DNA of 64,000 bases. Source: Hydrolagus affinis. Its lineage: Eukaryota. Under the pieces are notes generated by a model, which searched no databases, was not told the DNA's origin, and saw only the letters and a program-made list of their open reading frames with translations. Positions 1 to 12,377 of this stretch are shown one piece after another. The translations under genes and the position numbers were made by a program. Positions within the stretch are counted from its first letter, which is position 1; each line of letters starts with the position of its first letter. The DNA lies in assembly GCA_012026655.1 (NCBI GenBank), contig JAAILG010000310.1, positions 1-64,000 on the forward strand, given 5' to 3'.

Positions 1-278
1 TCCGCGCCCCCAGCCGTCTCTCTCCCCTCACCCCTTGCATACCTGTATATTGTATTTGAGGACTATGAATACAATATGGCGGCTTTGCACCTCAGTCTGT
101 GCATTGTGTATAGAGATGAGCATTCTGGGTCTTGTAGTTCAGTGTGCGCGCGTTCCAATTTTTTACCTCGATATATCGATTTTTCAATATATCTATATTT
201 TTGAAATGCCTATATCGGCGTATCGATATGAAAATTATATCGGGTTTTAGCGATATATCGATATATCGCCGGACCCTA
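1..278. mobile_element. Right end of a hAT-like DNA transposon/MITE (left part outside window)
   Basis: Ends in ...CGATATATCGATATATCGCCGGACCCTA (reverse complement TAGGGTCCGGCGATATATCG), a TAGGG-type hAT terminus. Several subterminal ATATCG/CGATAT repeats lie at 169-270. Confidence 0.7.
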
Positions 279-529
279 GTACATACCCACTCCGAAACAT
301 GTATACCCTGACCAAAACGTATTTCATGTTTCTACAGCCTTTTAGAGTTGAAGTTTGTGGAAACATTAACAGCAAAAATGATAGATTTTTAAAAATGTAA
401 TATTTTGTTGGACATATCTATTGGAAGAATCCAAAGGTTCCCTTTAATGTCCATAATGCCTTATGCTGCCAATATAGGTTTTCTAATAGTCAAATAAGAA
501 AACTGTCCTGGAGTATCTGACAGTTTTCG

Positions 530-648
530 ATGTCATCACTGCCTCCGATCCTTATTTCTAGTTGGGCCTTGTCTGGGAGACTTGTAGATGGTCAATGTGA
601 CATTAGTTGTGTCAATGTCTTCACTGCCCCCGATCCTTATTTCTAGTT
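530..648 (+). repeat. Pair of ~34-bp direct repeats
   Basis: ATGTCATCACTGCCTCCGATCCTTATTTCTAGTT (530-563) vs ATGTCTTCACTGCCCCCGATCCTTATTTCTAGTT (615-648), 2 mismatches. Confidence 0.9.
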
Positions 649-744
649 TGCTTCAGAATTCCAGCATCTGCAATATTTTGTGTTTTGTGTCATTGTGCGT
701 TGGGTAACATGAGACATAATGTATTTTTCTTTTGAGATCTCCTA

Positions 745-1105
745 ATGGCTTTGTGGGAAGAGGCACAAGTTGTACAGTATAAGCCAGAAGGTTGTAGGTT
801 TGATTTCCAATTTGTGCTGAGTTAGCTGATCTCAGTCAGTGCAACAGATAGATTTCAGCAGTTGGCATTAATGCTACTGCACTAGGAGAGGAAACTTCTT
901 ATTGGATTCCTTCTCCTGATTTGTCTAGAATGTGCCATGCATCTTGGGCATAGGATGTGAAGTGGATAGGATTTAATTGTATTGCCTCTAGTATTGCACA
1001 ATGACATCTAGCCTCATATGTGCAGAAATGGTACTGAAGGTTGCCAATATCTCTGGGACCATATGTAAGAGTCTGTGCCTTGAGGAGATGAGAGGGAAAA
1101 AATCA
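745..1105 (+). mobile_element. Ancient degenerate SINE-like repeat
   Basis: B-box-like GGTTTGATTTCC followed by TGTGCTGAGTTAGCTGATCTCAG and ending GCCTTGAGGAGATGAGAGGGAAAAAAT. Resembles an old chondrichthyan SINE as recalled; family not named. Confidence 0.45.
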
Positions 1106-3717
1106 TTCAATTTTTAGAATGGAATGCTCCACCATCACAAAGTACTCTGTGAAACTGCCTTACTGACATTTAGCAAAACTCGTCCATAGAGGGTAGCAGA
1201 GGTCATATACTAAGATTTCAAATGTTTTCTCAGTGTTAGTTTGGTATTCCACCACTAGAGATATCTAGCTAGAAAATTAAACTTTAGTAAGTTTGCATCT
1301 GTTAAGATACTGGCTAAGATGTGATCATAACCAGTATCAGGACTATATCTTGTGCTCTACATTCAGTGCAATCTGTTCTTGCCTGGTCATAAACTTGAAA
1401 ACAGTTTTTCTTTTCAGTTAAACTGTGAATGATGATGCATGTTATGGGAATTGACTCCTTCTACCTTTAATTCTAGACAATGCTTTATATCTGATATAAT
1501 AGCAAATAGTAATTTTCAGTGAATCACTGGATTGGGAAGATTGCATTACAATGAGACCACTTAATAAGCCTTATTCAAGGCTTTCGTAAAATAATCTATT
1601 TTCCAGTTTGGTAAACCGCAGTTTTTAATAATCTAAATATGCAAGATTGAAATTGGGAAGAAAGTGTGGGCAAATGTAGCACAACAATTGAACAAAAATG
1701 TCAAACGTTTTAGTACAACGTTGTTTTGCTTTCAAAATGTACAAATCCCTATTTAGCATTTTATACATATACTCTTTAACATTTTAAAAATTCAGTCTTT
1801 GAATTTTATTCTTAATGCAGGAATGCTACTGAAGTTTACACACTTAACGTGCATGTGGTCCAGTTCAATTGAATTATGAATGCATTTTGTATAGTGAACA
1901 AAGCTAGTGTAATTCAAAGCTGCAGGACTCCCTTGGTTTCTATTGATAAGATCATTATTGTTAATTGAAATCCACAAATAAATGAATTCCCAAGTCACAA
2001 ATTCGCAAAGATATTGATATCATGGATCTACGTTCATACTCTTAAAATGTTATTTAAATTTTCCAAATGTGTTTTCCTGCCCCAAAAGGAAGAATCATTG
2101 AATTTAAATCCCAATCAATCAGTTGCTTTACTGACACGATTAAGTAGAGGAAACATTTGGGGAAGATAATTAATGATTCAGGATTTAAAATCATATGTTT
2201 TAATAAGAAATCATTAGCTGTCAGATTAAAACCTATATTGGTAGGTTGCAGCATTTCCTAAATGGGCACTTTTCATGTATGTTCTCTGCACAGATTCTCT
2301 AAGGTTTAGATTTAGATTCATACCCTATTTTGTTTCCATTAGAATTGGATAAATTGTACAAAACCATAGAATATTTATTTGCAATGTTTGTAAATGTGCA
2401 AACTGTAATATAAATATGCATATTGCAACAATCATATTTGAAAAAATATCAACCTTACATATCGAAGACCTGCAATCTTAAGAATTTGTTAGTTTAATCA
2501 TGTTTATCTGTTAACTCATTTTCTATGTTTTACAAGAACTATTAATGATTTCCTAATGGACTTAATGTCTCTGTATCCCAGTAGAAATTAGTTTTGGTAA
2601 TTACAATCCCCTTTAAGAGATTTTCTCAATTTATAAAGAAACTAGTGAGATTTATCTTTTCACCTTGACCCTTAATTTCCTTTGATGTATGAAACCATTG
2701 TATGGCCATTTATTTGGCCAGAAAAATTTAATTGTGACCTTAAATTTGGCTTATTGAGGGTAGCACTAACTTGTAAGGGACTGAGGTTATTTGGAAAATT
2801 AATTTAGAAAGAACATTCAATTTGTGTTAAATATCAATTTTTTAAAAAAGATTCAATATTGTATTGCAAATGCAACAATGACTAGCATTTTTTAAAAAGG
2901 GCATTTTAAAATCATTAATATCTATAAAATCAGCTAATTTTTAGTTCTTTTACTCTGAACTGATTGAGTCCACATTCTTTTCTATCAGCAATAATTGGAT
3001 GGAAATTACTTTTAATGTCAATTGTCTGGAGGAACTGGATGGTACACCAGGTTAGCAGGCTATCCTTTCACCTCTGAAATCTGAGTTGGAAACCAGACAG
3101 TTTTGATGAAACTGCTGCAAATTAGTTATAAAGGCCCTAACAATGGAATTCAAATCAATCTGAAATTTCCTAGCTGATATGGGTCCATGGTATAGAACTG
3201 CTAGGTTAATGTAAATTTGTGCCAAATTTTGAAGGATTTCACTGTGAGGGAAAACCATTCTTTGGAATGAGAAGTAGAGTTAAGTAGTGCGGAAGGGTGT
3301 GTTCCACTAAAACTGAGATTAACTACATCAAAAAAGAGGAGAGATAACTGCTTTCTAAACTTGACCTAGGATATAATTTGGAAATGCTCAATAGTTGATA
3401 GTTGTTCCAAAGGGTGGAATACAAGAAAAATCTCACAATGTATGACAAAAAATGCTACTTTACTATTCCAGTTTTATAAGAATGTGATATCTTTTTTGAA
3501 TCAAGTTAACTGAATTCATTTAAAAACTGGTAGCTTCCCATTCCATAGAATATAAGTGGTTTAAATTTTTGATACTTAAGATTGCTTATGAATTCAATTT
3601 GACTACATCATTTTATGCCTGTTAGATTTTTCTTTTATAACTCAATTTTTAAGTTATATTCTTACCTTTCTTATAAGTCTCCCTCATACGTTGTAATATT
3701 ATAACTATGAGGATTTC

Positions 3718-3755
3718 TACAACAACAACAAAATTACACGTCGGGAGGACGTGAA
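3718..3755 (-). mobile_element. L2 LINE 3' tail remnant
   Basis: (AAC)n-AAAATTACAC-GTCGGGAGGACGT, an internally deleted version of the L2 tail seen elsewhere in the window. Confidence 0.7.
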
Positions 3756-3924
3756 ATAGATTGTCATCTATTGCAATGCCCAAGTACTTCTCCCCTCTGG
3801 CACCAACTCTATATATGTGTAACTGAGATATGTGGTAAGGCTACCATTCAATACTGTCATTCTATGGATCTTATTTTAAGTCTCCTTTATGTAGTGGTAC
3901 TAATAATTTTAATGCTTATAATTG

Positions 3925-4283
3925 GTATAACACCTTTCACGTCAGGAGGATGTCACAAAGCATTTCGCAGGATATGCAGAAAATGACTATTTACCCACAG
4001 CAATATCCCACAACATCCATGAAGTGAATCACCAATTTTAATTGGGGGATTCTTGGGCAGGACTCCAGGAGAAACTCGCTTCTCTTTTTGAATAATGTGA
4101 TAGGATCTTTAATATCCACCTAAATGGGCAGAAGGGATCTTGGTTTAACATTTCAATTGAAGCATGGCACTTCCAACATTACAACACTGCATTGTCATAA
4201 AAGACTATGAGGTTCAAGTTTTTTGATTGGGTTTGAACCCGAAATCTTCTAACTCAAGGGTGAAAATGCTACGAACTGAGCCA
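3925..4283 (-). mobile_element. Deu-domain SINE relic (SacSINE1/AmnSINE1-like)
   Basis: GGATCTTTAATATCCACCTAAATGGGCAGA...TTGGTTTAACATTTCA resembles the Deu core. The tRNA head appears in reverse (TTGAACCC...AACTGAGCCA) and there is an L2-like tail at the left end. Confidence 0.75.
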
Positions 4284-4299
4284 GGTTGACATTCATGGT

Positions 4300-7200
4300 A
4301 CTTTTGTACCTTAAAGGGACCATACAATTCTATACCCTTGTTAGAAACCTGCTGTAAAACATTTCCTTTTTTGCCTGAATTCTTTAAATGTATTTTTAAG
4401 CGATCAGTGCTGATGAATCATACCAGTATTACTTGCCTTGTAGTTTTTAAGACCATCGGTGTGAAAAAGCTGAATTAAAAAGAGTGAAAGAAATCCTTAA
4501 TCTTGTAGTGCTTCAAGTTCAATAATATGGGTAAACTCTGGATCCTGTCATGCTTGTTGTCTGAAGCTCTTTCAAAACTGTTCTCCCTATGTTGTTTGCA
4601 CTCACTGATTAAACAAACATTTTTTTTAAAAATGCAGAAGTGCGCTCAATGTTGTTAATTTTATTTTAGACGTTCAAATAATTGCTCAGCTCCCTCAAAG
4701 GACTATTTTCTGCAACCAAAAGTTGTGTATTATAATCTGAAATTTGGGCTACATATTTATTTGGCTAATGTGCATGAATTAATTTTAGGGTAACTCATAA
4801 ATCAGGACACAGCTGAAGCCTGGAAGTGAGCTACTGTTAAGTGAGATCATCCACTTGCTTGGGAATTGAGAAGCTACTTAATGTAGACATGCCTTTTTAT
4901 ATACAAGGCCTTGTTCTGTGTAATTTTAACTTAAGTATTACAGTATGAATATACTTGCAGCTATAGTTGTAAATCTTGTCAGTGCCAGATTTGCTGACAT
5001 ATATGACAGACTTTATTCAATCAGACAGTCAGGAGCCATGTACCTGAGCAGGTATCCTCTGTGATGACTGCTGCAGTGACGAGAACTAGATTATTTATGT
5101 TCAGTATGTAGCACAGAATTCAGAAGGGTAGCCCTTCAAGCCGCATTTCAAATTTACTTTCGCTAAATGCTGAAGGCAAGCAATGTGTTAAATAATACAA
5201 AATGTATGCTTAATCTAAGAACTCAATTTGCGACAACTTAGTTTGAATACTTGCACCGCTATGTAAAATTGCCCCCAGATTTAAAGATCATGAACTTGTA
5301 CATCTGATTTTACAGAACTTCTGACATGACGGTTAAATGGGCATTTCTACATTGCTGCAGGAGAAAAGAAAATGCTAAAGCTTTATGGGAGTTGGGTGGG
5401 GGTGGTGGTGGGGAATTGTTTTGTTAGTGCTATTTTTCTGCAATATAATGTTGCATTAAGATGAAGATCAGTTCTGTTTGGTTCAGAGATTGATGTGATT
5501 TTTCTCACAAACATTGGTATTCAAAGTATTTTTTTAGAATTACCAAGTGCAGGGAATGGTGCCAACCAGTAAATAAATATACCAGTCCAATATGAGCTGC
5601 AAAGATTATTTAGTTCAGCAACAACCTTGTCTACACCTCACCTTCTGGAATTTGTTTTAAAAATAGGCTCATTCATTACATAATTGCTTTTCCTTCCAGT
5701 TGCTGTATTTCTGCTTTAAAATGTACCTTATCTAGGGAGTTGTATTTTAGAAAACATTTTTTTTTAATGGTATTTGAATTTTAAATTTCAACTGGCAGAA
5801 GTAACTTAGTGATTTAACTCATTTCGTGCACAGCACACTTTGTGGGCCCTCATTAAAGAGGGCAACTTGCTGTTCAGGTCAATTGTATTTATTGATTTCG
5901 GTTTTCTCTTTCACTTTTCCGCATGTTGAGGTTCCGGAATGTCAAGGCAAATGTGAATTGGATGTGGAGCGTTTTTTAAAAAAGAAAATAGAGAACTTGT
6001 GCTCTTGTTTGAGGGATTGTGTTGTACAGGGAGAGGAACGGGGTCGGAAAGGAACCTGAGAAAATTACTTGAAAATTCACTTAACCAGTTGGAACTGTAA
6101 TGTATACAATAATGTTCAGAATGATCAGTTTGTCTTTAGTATAGCCAGTGCTCGATAGTCAGTTTTTTGCATGAAGAAATGTACACTTACTATTTTTAAG
6201 TCTGATTTGGCAACAGATAAAATTATCCTTTTTTTGAAAGCTTATAAAAGGTATTGATAACATAAAATATTGTGATTGTTCATTACCTATGCTGTTTCAA
6301 AGCCGTACAAAGCATTGTTGTGTTAAGACGGGATTCAAATGCTTGTATATATGAGTGAGAAAAAATAAATGTGCATTTATAGAGAAACATCAAGGCGTGT
6401 TTCTCCATATTATATTGTTTTGATAGGAGACTGGATGACTAAATATTAAAGCAACAAAGTTTCTTTTATGTTATAATAGTCTTACACAAATGCTAATGGA
6501 TAGTTTATCCAAATCATGATGGATTTCTGTCTAAAAACACTTGTGTACCTCATATTGTACAAAAATAGTATTAGATCTACTAACATAAGTGCATTTCAAA
6601 TCATGAGTGAAAATTCCTTGGTGCTTCTTTCCATTTGACTAGTTTATTCAAACTGACTTCAATATTGTTCTCATTTGCTATGTGAATCATTTAGCAGTTC
6701 TGTATGCTGAGATTTTAGGCTACTTGCTTATCAGCTTATTAACGTTTGTGTAACTTCCTGCTCTAAAATTAACTACCAGTATTGCATAAACTGTCAATAT
6801 ATTGCTTAAAGACAAACGTATTTCCAGAATATTAACTGCACTGAAATCGATTGATGAAGTTTGGCAAAAACTTGCCTATGTAGATTGTCAAACATAAGCT
6901 CTGTATTTTTTACACTGTACTTTTTTTGTTAAAGATTATGTTCCTTGTATCAAAATGTTTCTGTACAAGTTAAATGAATTTTTTATTTGCTGTGGATCTC
7001 TCCAATGAACATTTTGCAGGAATGATTTAAGAATGTTGATGCAGAGATTTTTTTGTTTAAATCTTCTTTCAGAGGTGCACAGGGTTATACAATATTGTCA
7101 AATTTATGTGCAAATTGAATTGCATATTTACAATCAGTCTATATGTTGGCATTCTAAGCCATCTAGTCAGTTCTGTTTTACTGTCTCCATGAAGTGTCCA

Positions 7201-7705
7201 CATTTTTGAATGGAAAATACAGGCTAGTGCCATTGCTAAGTTTCTATTTCGTCCACATTGACAGTTCAAAAAAAAATCAGGGAAGCATGCAAATATTTGA
7301 CTGTTTTTGTATACCAGTGTTAGTGAACTCTAATGTACCAAACTTCTACAATTAAGTAATTATTCAGTTTAGACCAAACAGAGTGTAATAACAGTTTTGT
7401 ATTGTTGCTGCTAAAGAAAACTTATTTGAATGCTGCTCTTATGTTATCATACAGTAACTTTTGTTGTAATTTTATTTTAAAACTTCTGGCAGGAATGTCG
7501 AGCCTTATTACAGCTTAACTGTAACAAGAAATTGCAACAGCAGAATTTATTTCCAAAAAGTTCTTTTGATTGCCAATGAAATGTCAATGTGTGGTCTAAT
7601 GAGACCTAGAAACAAAGCCTTAAAGCATGCTTCTGTTAAAATATATTGTATATGGTCTATGTAACCAGTTTTTACATGTTTAATAAAATTATTGTAAGTG
7701 AGTTT
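4300..7705 (+). other. Probable long 3' UTR / terminal exon of an unidentified gene (5' boundary uncertain, possibly from 1418)
   Basis: About 3.4 kb with no recognisable repeats, U-rich with many TGTA motifs (Pumilio-type TGTATATA at 6344), ending at a canonical poly(A) signal. Confidence 0.45.
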
Positions 7706-7720
7706 TGGTTTTGTATTTTC
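7682..7720 (+). terminator. Polyadenylation signal with downstream GT-rich element
   Basis: AATAAA at 7682-7687 followed by GTGAGTTTTGGTTTTGTATTTT. Confidence 0.5.
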
Positions 7721-8409
7721 CCTAAGTACTGTATTAAATTGTCGATTTAGACTGGTGTTCAGTACATATTACACTCAAAATATATTTGAAATTATTTTAT
7801 TAAATCAATTGGCTGAATATTGTCCCAACTAACACAAATTGAAAAAATCACATTTTTAACCAAATGAAAAAAACTGCTCAAGCTTTGCTCTAGTGATTTA
7901 AAGTAATTTAAATCCATTTCATAATTCACTCAAGTCAATTTCGTAAAATTGAAATTGTCTTTAAACAAACCAGTTCCTGTAAGATGGCGCCCACTATGTT
8001 CCATAATTTATAAAATGTCCTCTCTTCTGGTCATGTGGTAAATTACACGGAAAGCTAGTTTTTTTTAAAAAGAGTTCTGTTAACTGAAAAAAGTTAAATA
8101 GAACTGCTCGGAAGTGTCGATGCTAACCAAAGTTTTTCTTTGTGTATTACAGTTGAGGTGTACATTACATTTTTTTTAAAAAAAGCTCCATTCTACTTAC
8201 TCCCAGAATCTAAAATAAATCCCATTGCCTAACCCTCTGCAAAGAACTAGTAGCAGGTGTCATTTAAGAACTAGATTTATTGACTTATCCTATATTTTCC
8301 TTGTATTTTCTCTAGTGCCTCAGTTGATCACTTTGAAGCTGGAAACCACAATACAGTACTTATGTATTGAACCATTGCGATCTATTAGCTATTGTGTGGT
8401 TGACCAAAT

Positions 8410-8650
8410 GAATACCTGGGCTGAAGGGTATGATGAGAGGCTGGGTAGACTGGCGTATGTACAGAGGAGGTTGAGAGGTGTCTTTATTGAGTCATTTAAC
8501 ATAATGAAGGTGAAACGAAAGGTTAAAAATTGGTGTAGCTTTTACCACTGGAAGAGGGATTTTTTTTTACAAGGGGGCATGGCCTTAAATCAAAAACTAA
8601 CATTGAACTGACGGCAGGAAGCATTTCTTCCAACACAGAGTTGTCCATGA
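8410..8650 (+). mobile_element. CR1 LINE fragment (ORF2 C-terminal region)
   Basis: Translates YDERLGRL...QRRLRGVFIESFNIMK, typical of the CR1 ORF2 end (YEERL..L...RRLRGDLIE.FKIM). Confidence 0.8.
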
Positions 8651-8807
8651 AGTTTCAGAGGTGGAATCAATAGGGTAAGGTATGACAAAAGGCTGTTCCT
8701 TTTCCTGTATTCCAATATGTTATCTTTAACGGTTTTATCAAAGTACTCAAGATATCTACATACCTGAACTCTGTATGAAGAGCTTCTTCTAGGCGGTCTC
8801 CCATGTG

Positions 8808-8934
8808 TAGAATTCCTGATCCAGGCAGAATATTTAAATGTACTATCCTGACCCAAGCATAAAATGTTCCAATTATTCAGATTTGCATTGCTCAGCACAC
8901 TGAATATTGTCAGCCCAGCACATGCCAATCATCT
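8808..8934 (-). repeat. Unnamed ~127-bp interspersed repeat, copy 1
   Basis: Reverse complement aligns along its length to 48700-48828 (shared core CATGTGCTGG.CTGACA.TATTCAGTGTGCTGAGCAATG...TGCTTGGGTCAGGAT...ATCAGGAATTCTA). Confidence 0.9.
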
Positions 8935-10255
8935 CTCAGGTACTAACCCCGTACAGAAATTGTTTTGTGTGATGAAAATAAACTCATGATACAACTAAAT
9001 TGAAATGAAACGAGATTACACATTTTATTGTAAGCATTGCATTAATAAATCCCTAATGGAACAGTTTGAACAATTTTTTTCAAATTAGCCTTGTTTAGAA
9101 ATTTTAGTAAGTGTACAATAGCGAAAGTCTTAACCTCAAGACACTTCAGATTGATGGCAAATTGTTTAAAGCCAAGTGAACTTCTCTTTCTATACATTCT
9201 AGGAAAATATGGCTGGTTTTACTTTAAAACTAAACTCTAGTTTCTAAATGGTGTTATGTTGGGTTTTCACTGCCCCATTTTGTTGGTATTTATCGTTTAT
9301 TCTCCATTGCCGCTAATGCAGCCCCATTAGATGACCATCAGGAGGAGCTCACAACACAGTAGTCCTACATAAACAAGAGAATCCACTGTCCTGCTTTCAT
9401 GAAAGGCTTGTTGCTTTTTACTATTTGACCTCACTTAATGTTTCATAAAGCTATTTGCATGTGACCTAATGAAGTGATGTTATTAAAATAAAATGATTTG
9501 GGTCTGCTCACTTCAATTACTTTACAAATGGACACATTTATCTTTTTGAACTTGGATATTGCCAACATTTGAGACTAAAACTCCAAGCCTACAGAAATTG
9601 AATGGTTGAAACTGGGTGTATAGTAAATTGGTGAGATGGCATTGTACTTTGGACAGAATTAACTTTTTTTTTATTACGATGCTTAAAAGCATAAAGTCTT
9701 CAAACATTAAAAGCTTGAAATTCCCTTGCACACGTAATTATTGTTTCTCTCTTCTGAGTTTGACCCAATCATTTAATATCTGCTCCAGATATTTCCCCAA
9801 AATGTGAATCAATCAGAAACTCAAATTGGCCTAAAATTAGCCTATATTTAGTTGAAATTTTACAGTGACTTTATAACCTGAGTCTTCATTTACCTTTTTG
9901 TTTCCTATTCCCTTATGAGCTTCAGTTCATCTGTAATGATCAGGTGGATAAAAGTATTGAATTTTGCAGAGTTCAGACAATGGGGATGTCGTTTGTCTTT
10001 GCCAGCCGCATTTTTAATCATTTCTAACGCTGCTTTCTCTTATTAATTAGTTTGCAGTTCCAATTTCTTGTATGTGTGACACTATTGATTATACAATTTT
10101 TAAGAACTATTATGCATATACTGTAGTATGTAATATAACTTCATAATCAAACTCTTCTATATGCCTATTATTTAATAATGTGGGTTTTAAAAGCATTCAA
10201 GTTTAGCTGCTGTAAGAAACACTTAATGATACAATCTCCAATATTTGTTACAGCG

Positions 10256-10500
10256 AAACAACAATAACAATCCTAAATTTGATATAGCCCTTTCACACAG
10301 GACAACGGCTCAAAGTGTGACACGGGATGATGTACTGTAAAGTGGAGTGAGTGTACCTTGTGGGTGAGCGCAGCAACCAAAATCCCCACAGATGGCCACA
10401 AAGTGAATGACCAACTTCATTTGAGTGATTGTTGGCCCAGGCACTGGGAGAAACTCTTTTTGAATATGCTGTGGGATTTTTATCATCTTGAAAGACAAAA
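10256..10500 (-). mobile_element. Deu-domain SINE relic (partial)
   Basis: L2-like tail, then TTGGCCCAGGCACTGGGAGAAACTCTTTTTGAATA..TGGGATTTTTA, colinear with 3925-4120. Confidence 0.6.
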
Positions 10501-11105
10501 CGAAGGTTGACTTATATTGATTTGAATTTTATTTTAAAAAAAGCACTAAACCTGTTTGGTATGACTGCTTTTAGAAAATATGTATCAATGAGTTTTCATT
10601 GTGATATTTTACATTCGCCTTGATTTTATATTTTATTTGCTGTACTTCATGTAGGGAACATTATTCAGAAAAAGACACATTATCAAAGTTTCATCATTAC
10701 CATAACCTTAATTAGAATGAAAAATTCTTAATACAAAGTATCCCTTGTTCTGGATATAACCAAGTATATAATGTTTGCACCTTGGATTTGCTAGTCAGTG
10801 GAATAATAAGTTTAATGACGTCTGGAAAAGAACAGTACGATAAATCTTACATTATCCCTCATTGAGTTAAATTAACAGGTTTCCTTATTGATAAAAACAG
10901 AATAATTAAAAATAATGCTGTATTTTGCTATTTATTTTCTGAGTAAGGTCTATAATTCACAATACAAAATCTGTATCCAATATCAATGTGCATTAGTGTC
11001 AAGCACTTATCAAAATATACCATGACTCTTGGTACAAATCTATCAGTTGGATTCACATTTTTCTCACAGAATATTGCTATATAATTTATATAGTACAAAA
11101 AAATT

Positions 11106-11149
11106 GATAAAGGCGCTATATCAAATGCAAGGATAATAATAATTATTAT
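11106..11149 (+). mobile_element. tRNA-SINE 3' tail fragment
   Basis: GATAAAGGCGCTATATCAAATGCAAGGATAATAAT. Confidence 0.75.
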
Positions 11150-11270
11150 AAAATACACCAAAAAAAGTTTTAAAAGACTTTCTTTTATGCTTTTACATCA
11201 CAGTTGATTATGGCATCACCCAAGGATGAATGCCTGATTCATTATTTGAAAGTTGCAAAACAAATGTATT

Positions 11271-11320
11271 AATAATAATGCTTGCATTTGATCCAGAGTC
11301 TCATCAGATCTGAGACGTCT
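11271..11320 (-). mobile_element. tRNA-SINE 3' tail fragment
   Basis: AATAATAATGCTTGCATTTGAT...GAGACGTCT. Confidence 0.6.
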
Positions 11321-12082
11321 TAGCACAAGTTTTGGTTTTGCTACCACCCGAGGTAAACAATGGAAAACTGCACTATTGCAACTGAGATGGGGTAATACAG
11401 TGTCTCTGCTTTTTGTCTACTATTGAATAGTTTTTGTTCTATAATGTACTAAAACTATTTTGCAGCAAAAGCGTGAGAATAGAATTCTGCCCCATGTCCT
11501 TTTTCAGTCTCAACTACAGATACACAGTTAAAGAATCCGAACCACCAATCTTCGATGGACAATACTGTTGAAAATACTGTAATTTAAAAATGTTTTGTTC
11601 ATAATAATAAAATATTATGCGATAGAACATATCTTGGCATAATTCCCTGTTCTGGTACAATCCTAGTACTGTATCTCATTAGCTTTTAGACCAGGGAAAT
11701 TACTGTATGCTTCATAAGGCTTGAGTCAATGTGCACAAATTAACAGATACACATGTGAAAAGCAGAGGTTTTGTGACACCGAATGATTCTTCCACCTTTT
11801 GAACATTGGGATTTCATTGAAATGGAGAATAACAGTTGTTCATCTTTTATTTCAATTTAGCTAAATGGCTAGTTACCCTGACTACTCTTATTCCAGCTGA
11901 GGACCCTGCCTCCCAATCCAGCAAGAACGCACTAAACTGCTTTATTGTCTTTATTCGTGGTGATATCAATACAACTCTGGAAATCGTCAATAAGTTCACT
12001 TGCTGCAGCCTTTAGCTTCTACAAAGTGACCTAGATTTTAGTCTAACTATGAAAGCTTAATTCGGATGTACCCGGCAGATAT

Positions 12083-12377
12083 GGAGTCCTGTAGCTCAGT
12101 GGTGAGAGCACTGGCCTTATAAGTGTGAGACCTATGTTCAAATCCAAGCAGAACAGGGCGAAACCTTGGGCAAGTTTCCTTACTCCACACACCTAATAAT
12201 CCTCTTAAAAAAAACACAATAATAAAATTGATCATTTCAATCCACAACTGTTTTTTATTGCTGTGCACAATTGGCTGCCACATTTCGCCCACAAGTATAA
12301 AGTCAATTTACTTGACAGTATATTCTGTGAAGCGCTTTGAGACATCTAGAAGACATCAAAATGCAAGGATTATTATT
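12083..12377 (+). mobile_element. Full-length tRNA-derived SINE (holocephalan SINE2-type)
   Basis: A box TAGCTCAGTGG, B box GTTCAAATCC, body GGGCGAAACCTTGGGCAAGTTTCC, L2-type hairpin tail and (ATT)n; many copies in window. Confidence 0.9.

Noticed and set aside
1425-1497. ATGATGA...CTGA possible C/D snoRNA
   Set aside because: Only a wobble-paired terminal stem, no C' box and no recognisable guide; better explained as sequence after a splice acceptor
5025-5090. In-frame TGA in SQEPCT*AGILCDDCCSDEN as possible selenocysteine or readthrough
   Set aside because: No convincing SECIS stem found nearby by eye and no evidence this frame is coding
7975-8120. YY1-like AAGATGGCG and ETS-like CGGAAG as a promoter
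   Set aside because: Isolated motifs in AT-rich DNA with no CpG island or downstream exon
12083-12155. tRNA-like sequences at SINE heads (also 18186, 24939, 31842, 32399, 43616)
   Set aside because: A and B boxes are present but there is no intact acceptor stem, and each continues into the SINE body; not tRNA genes
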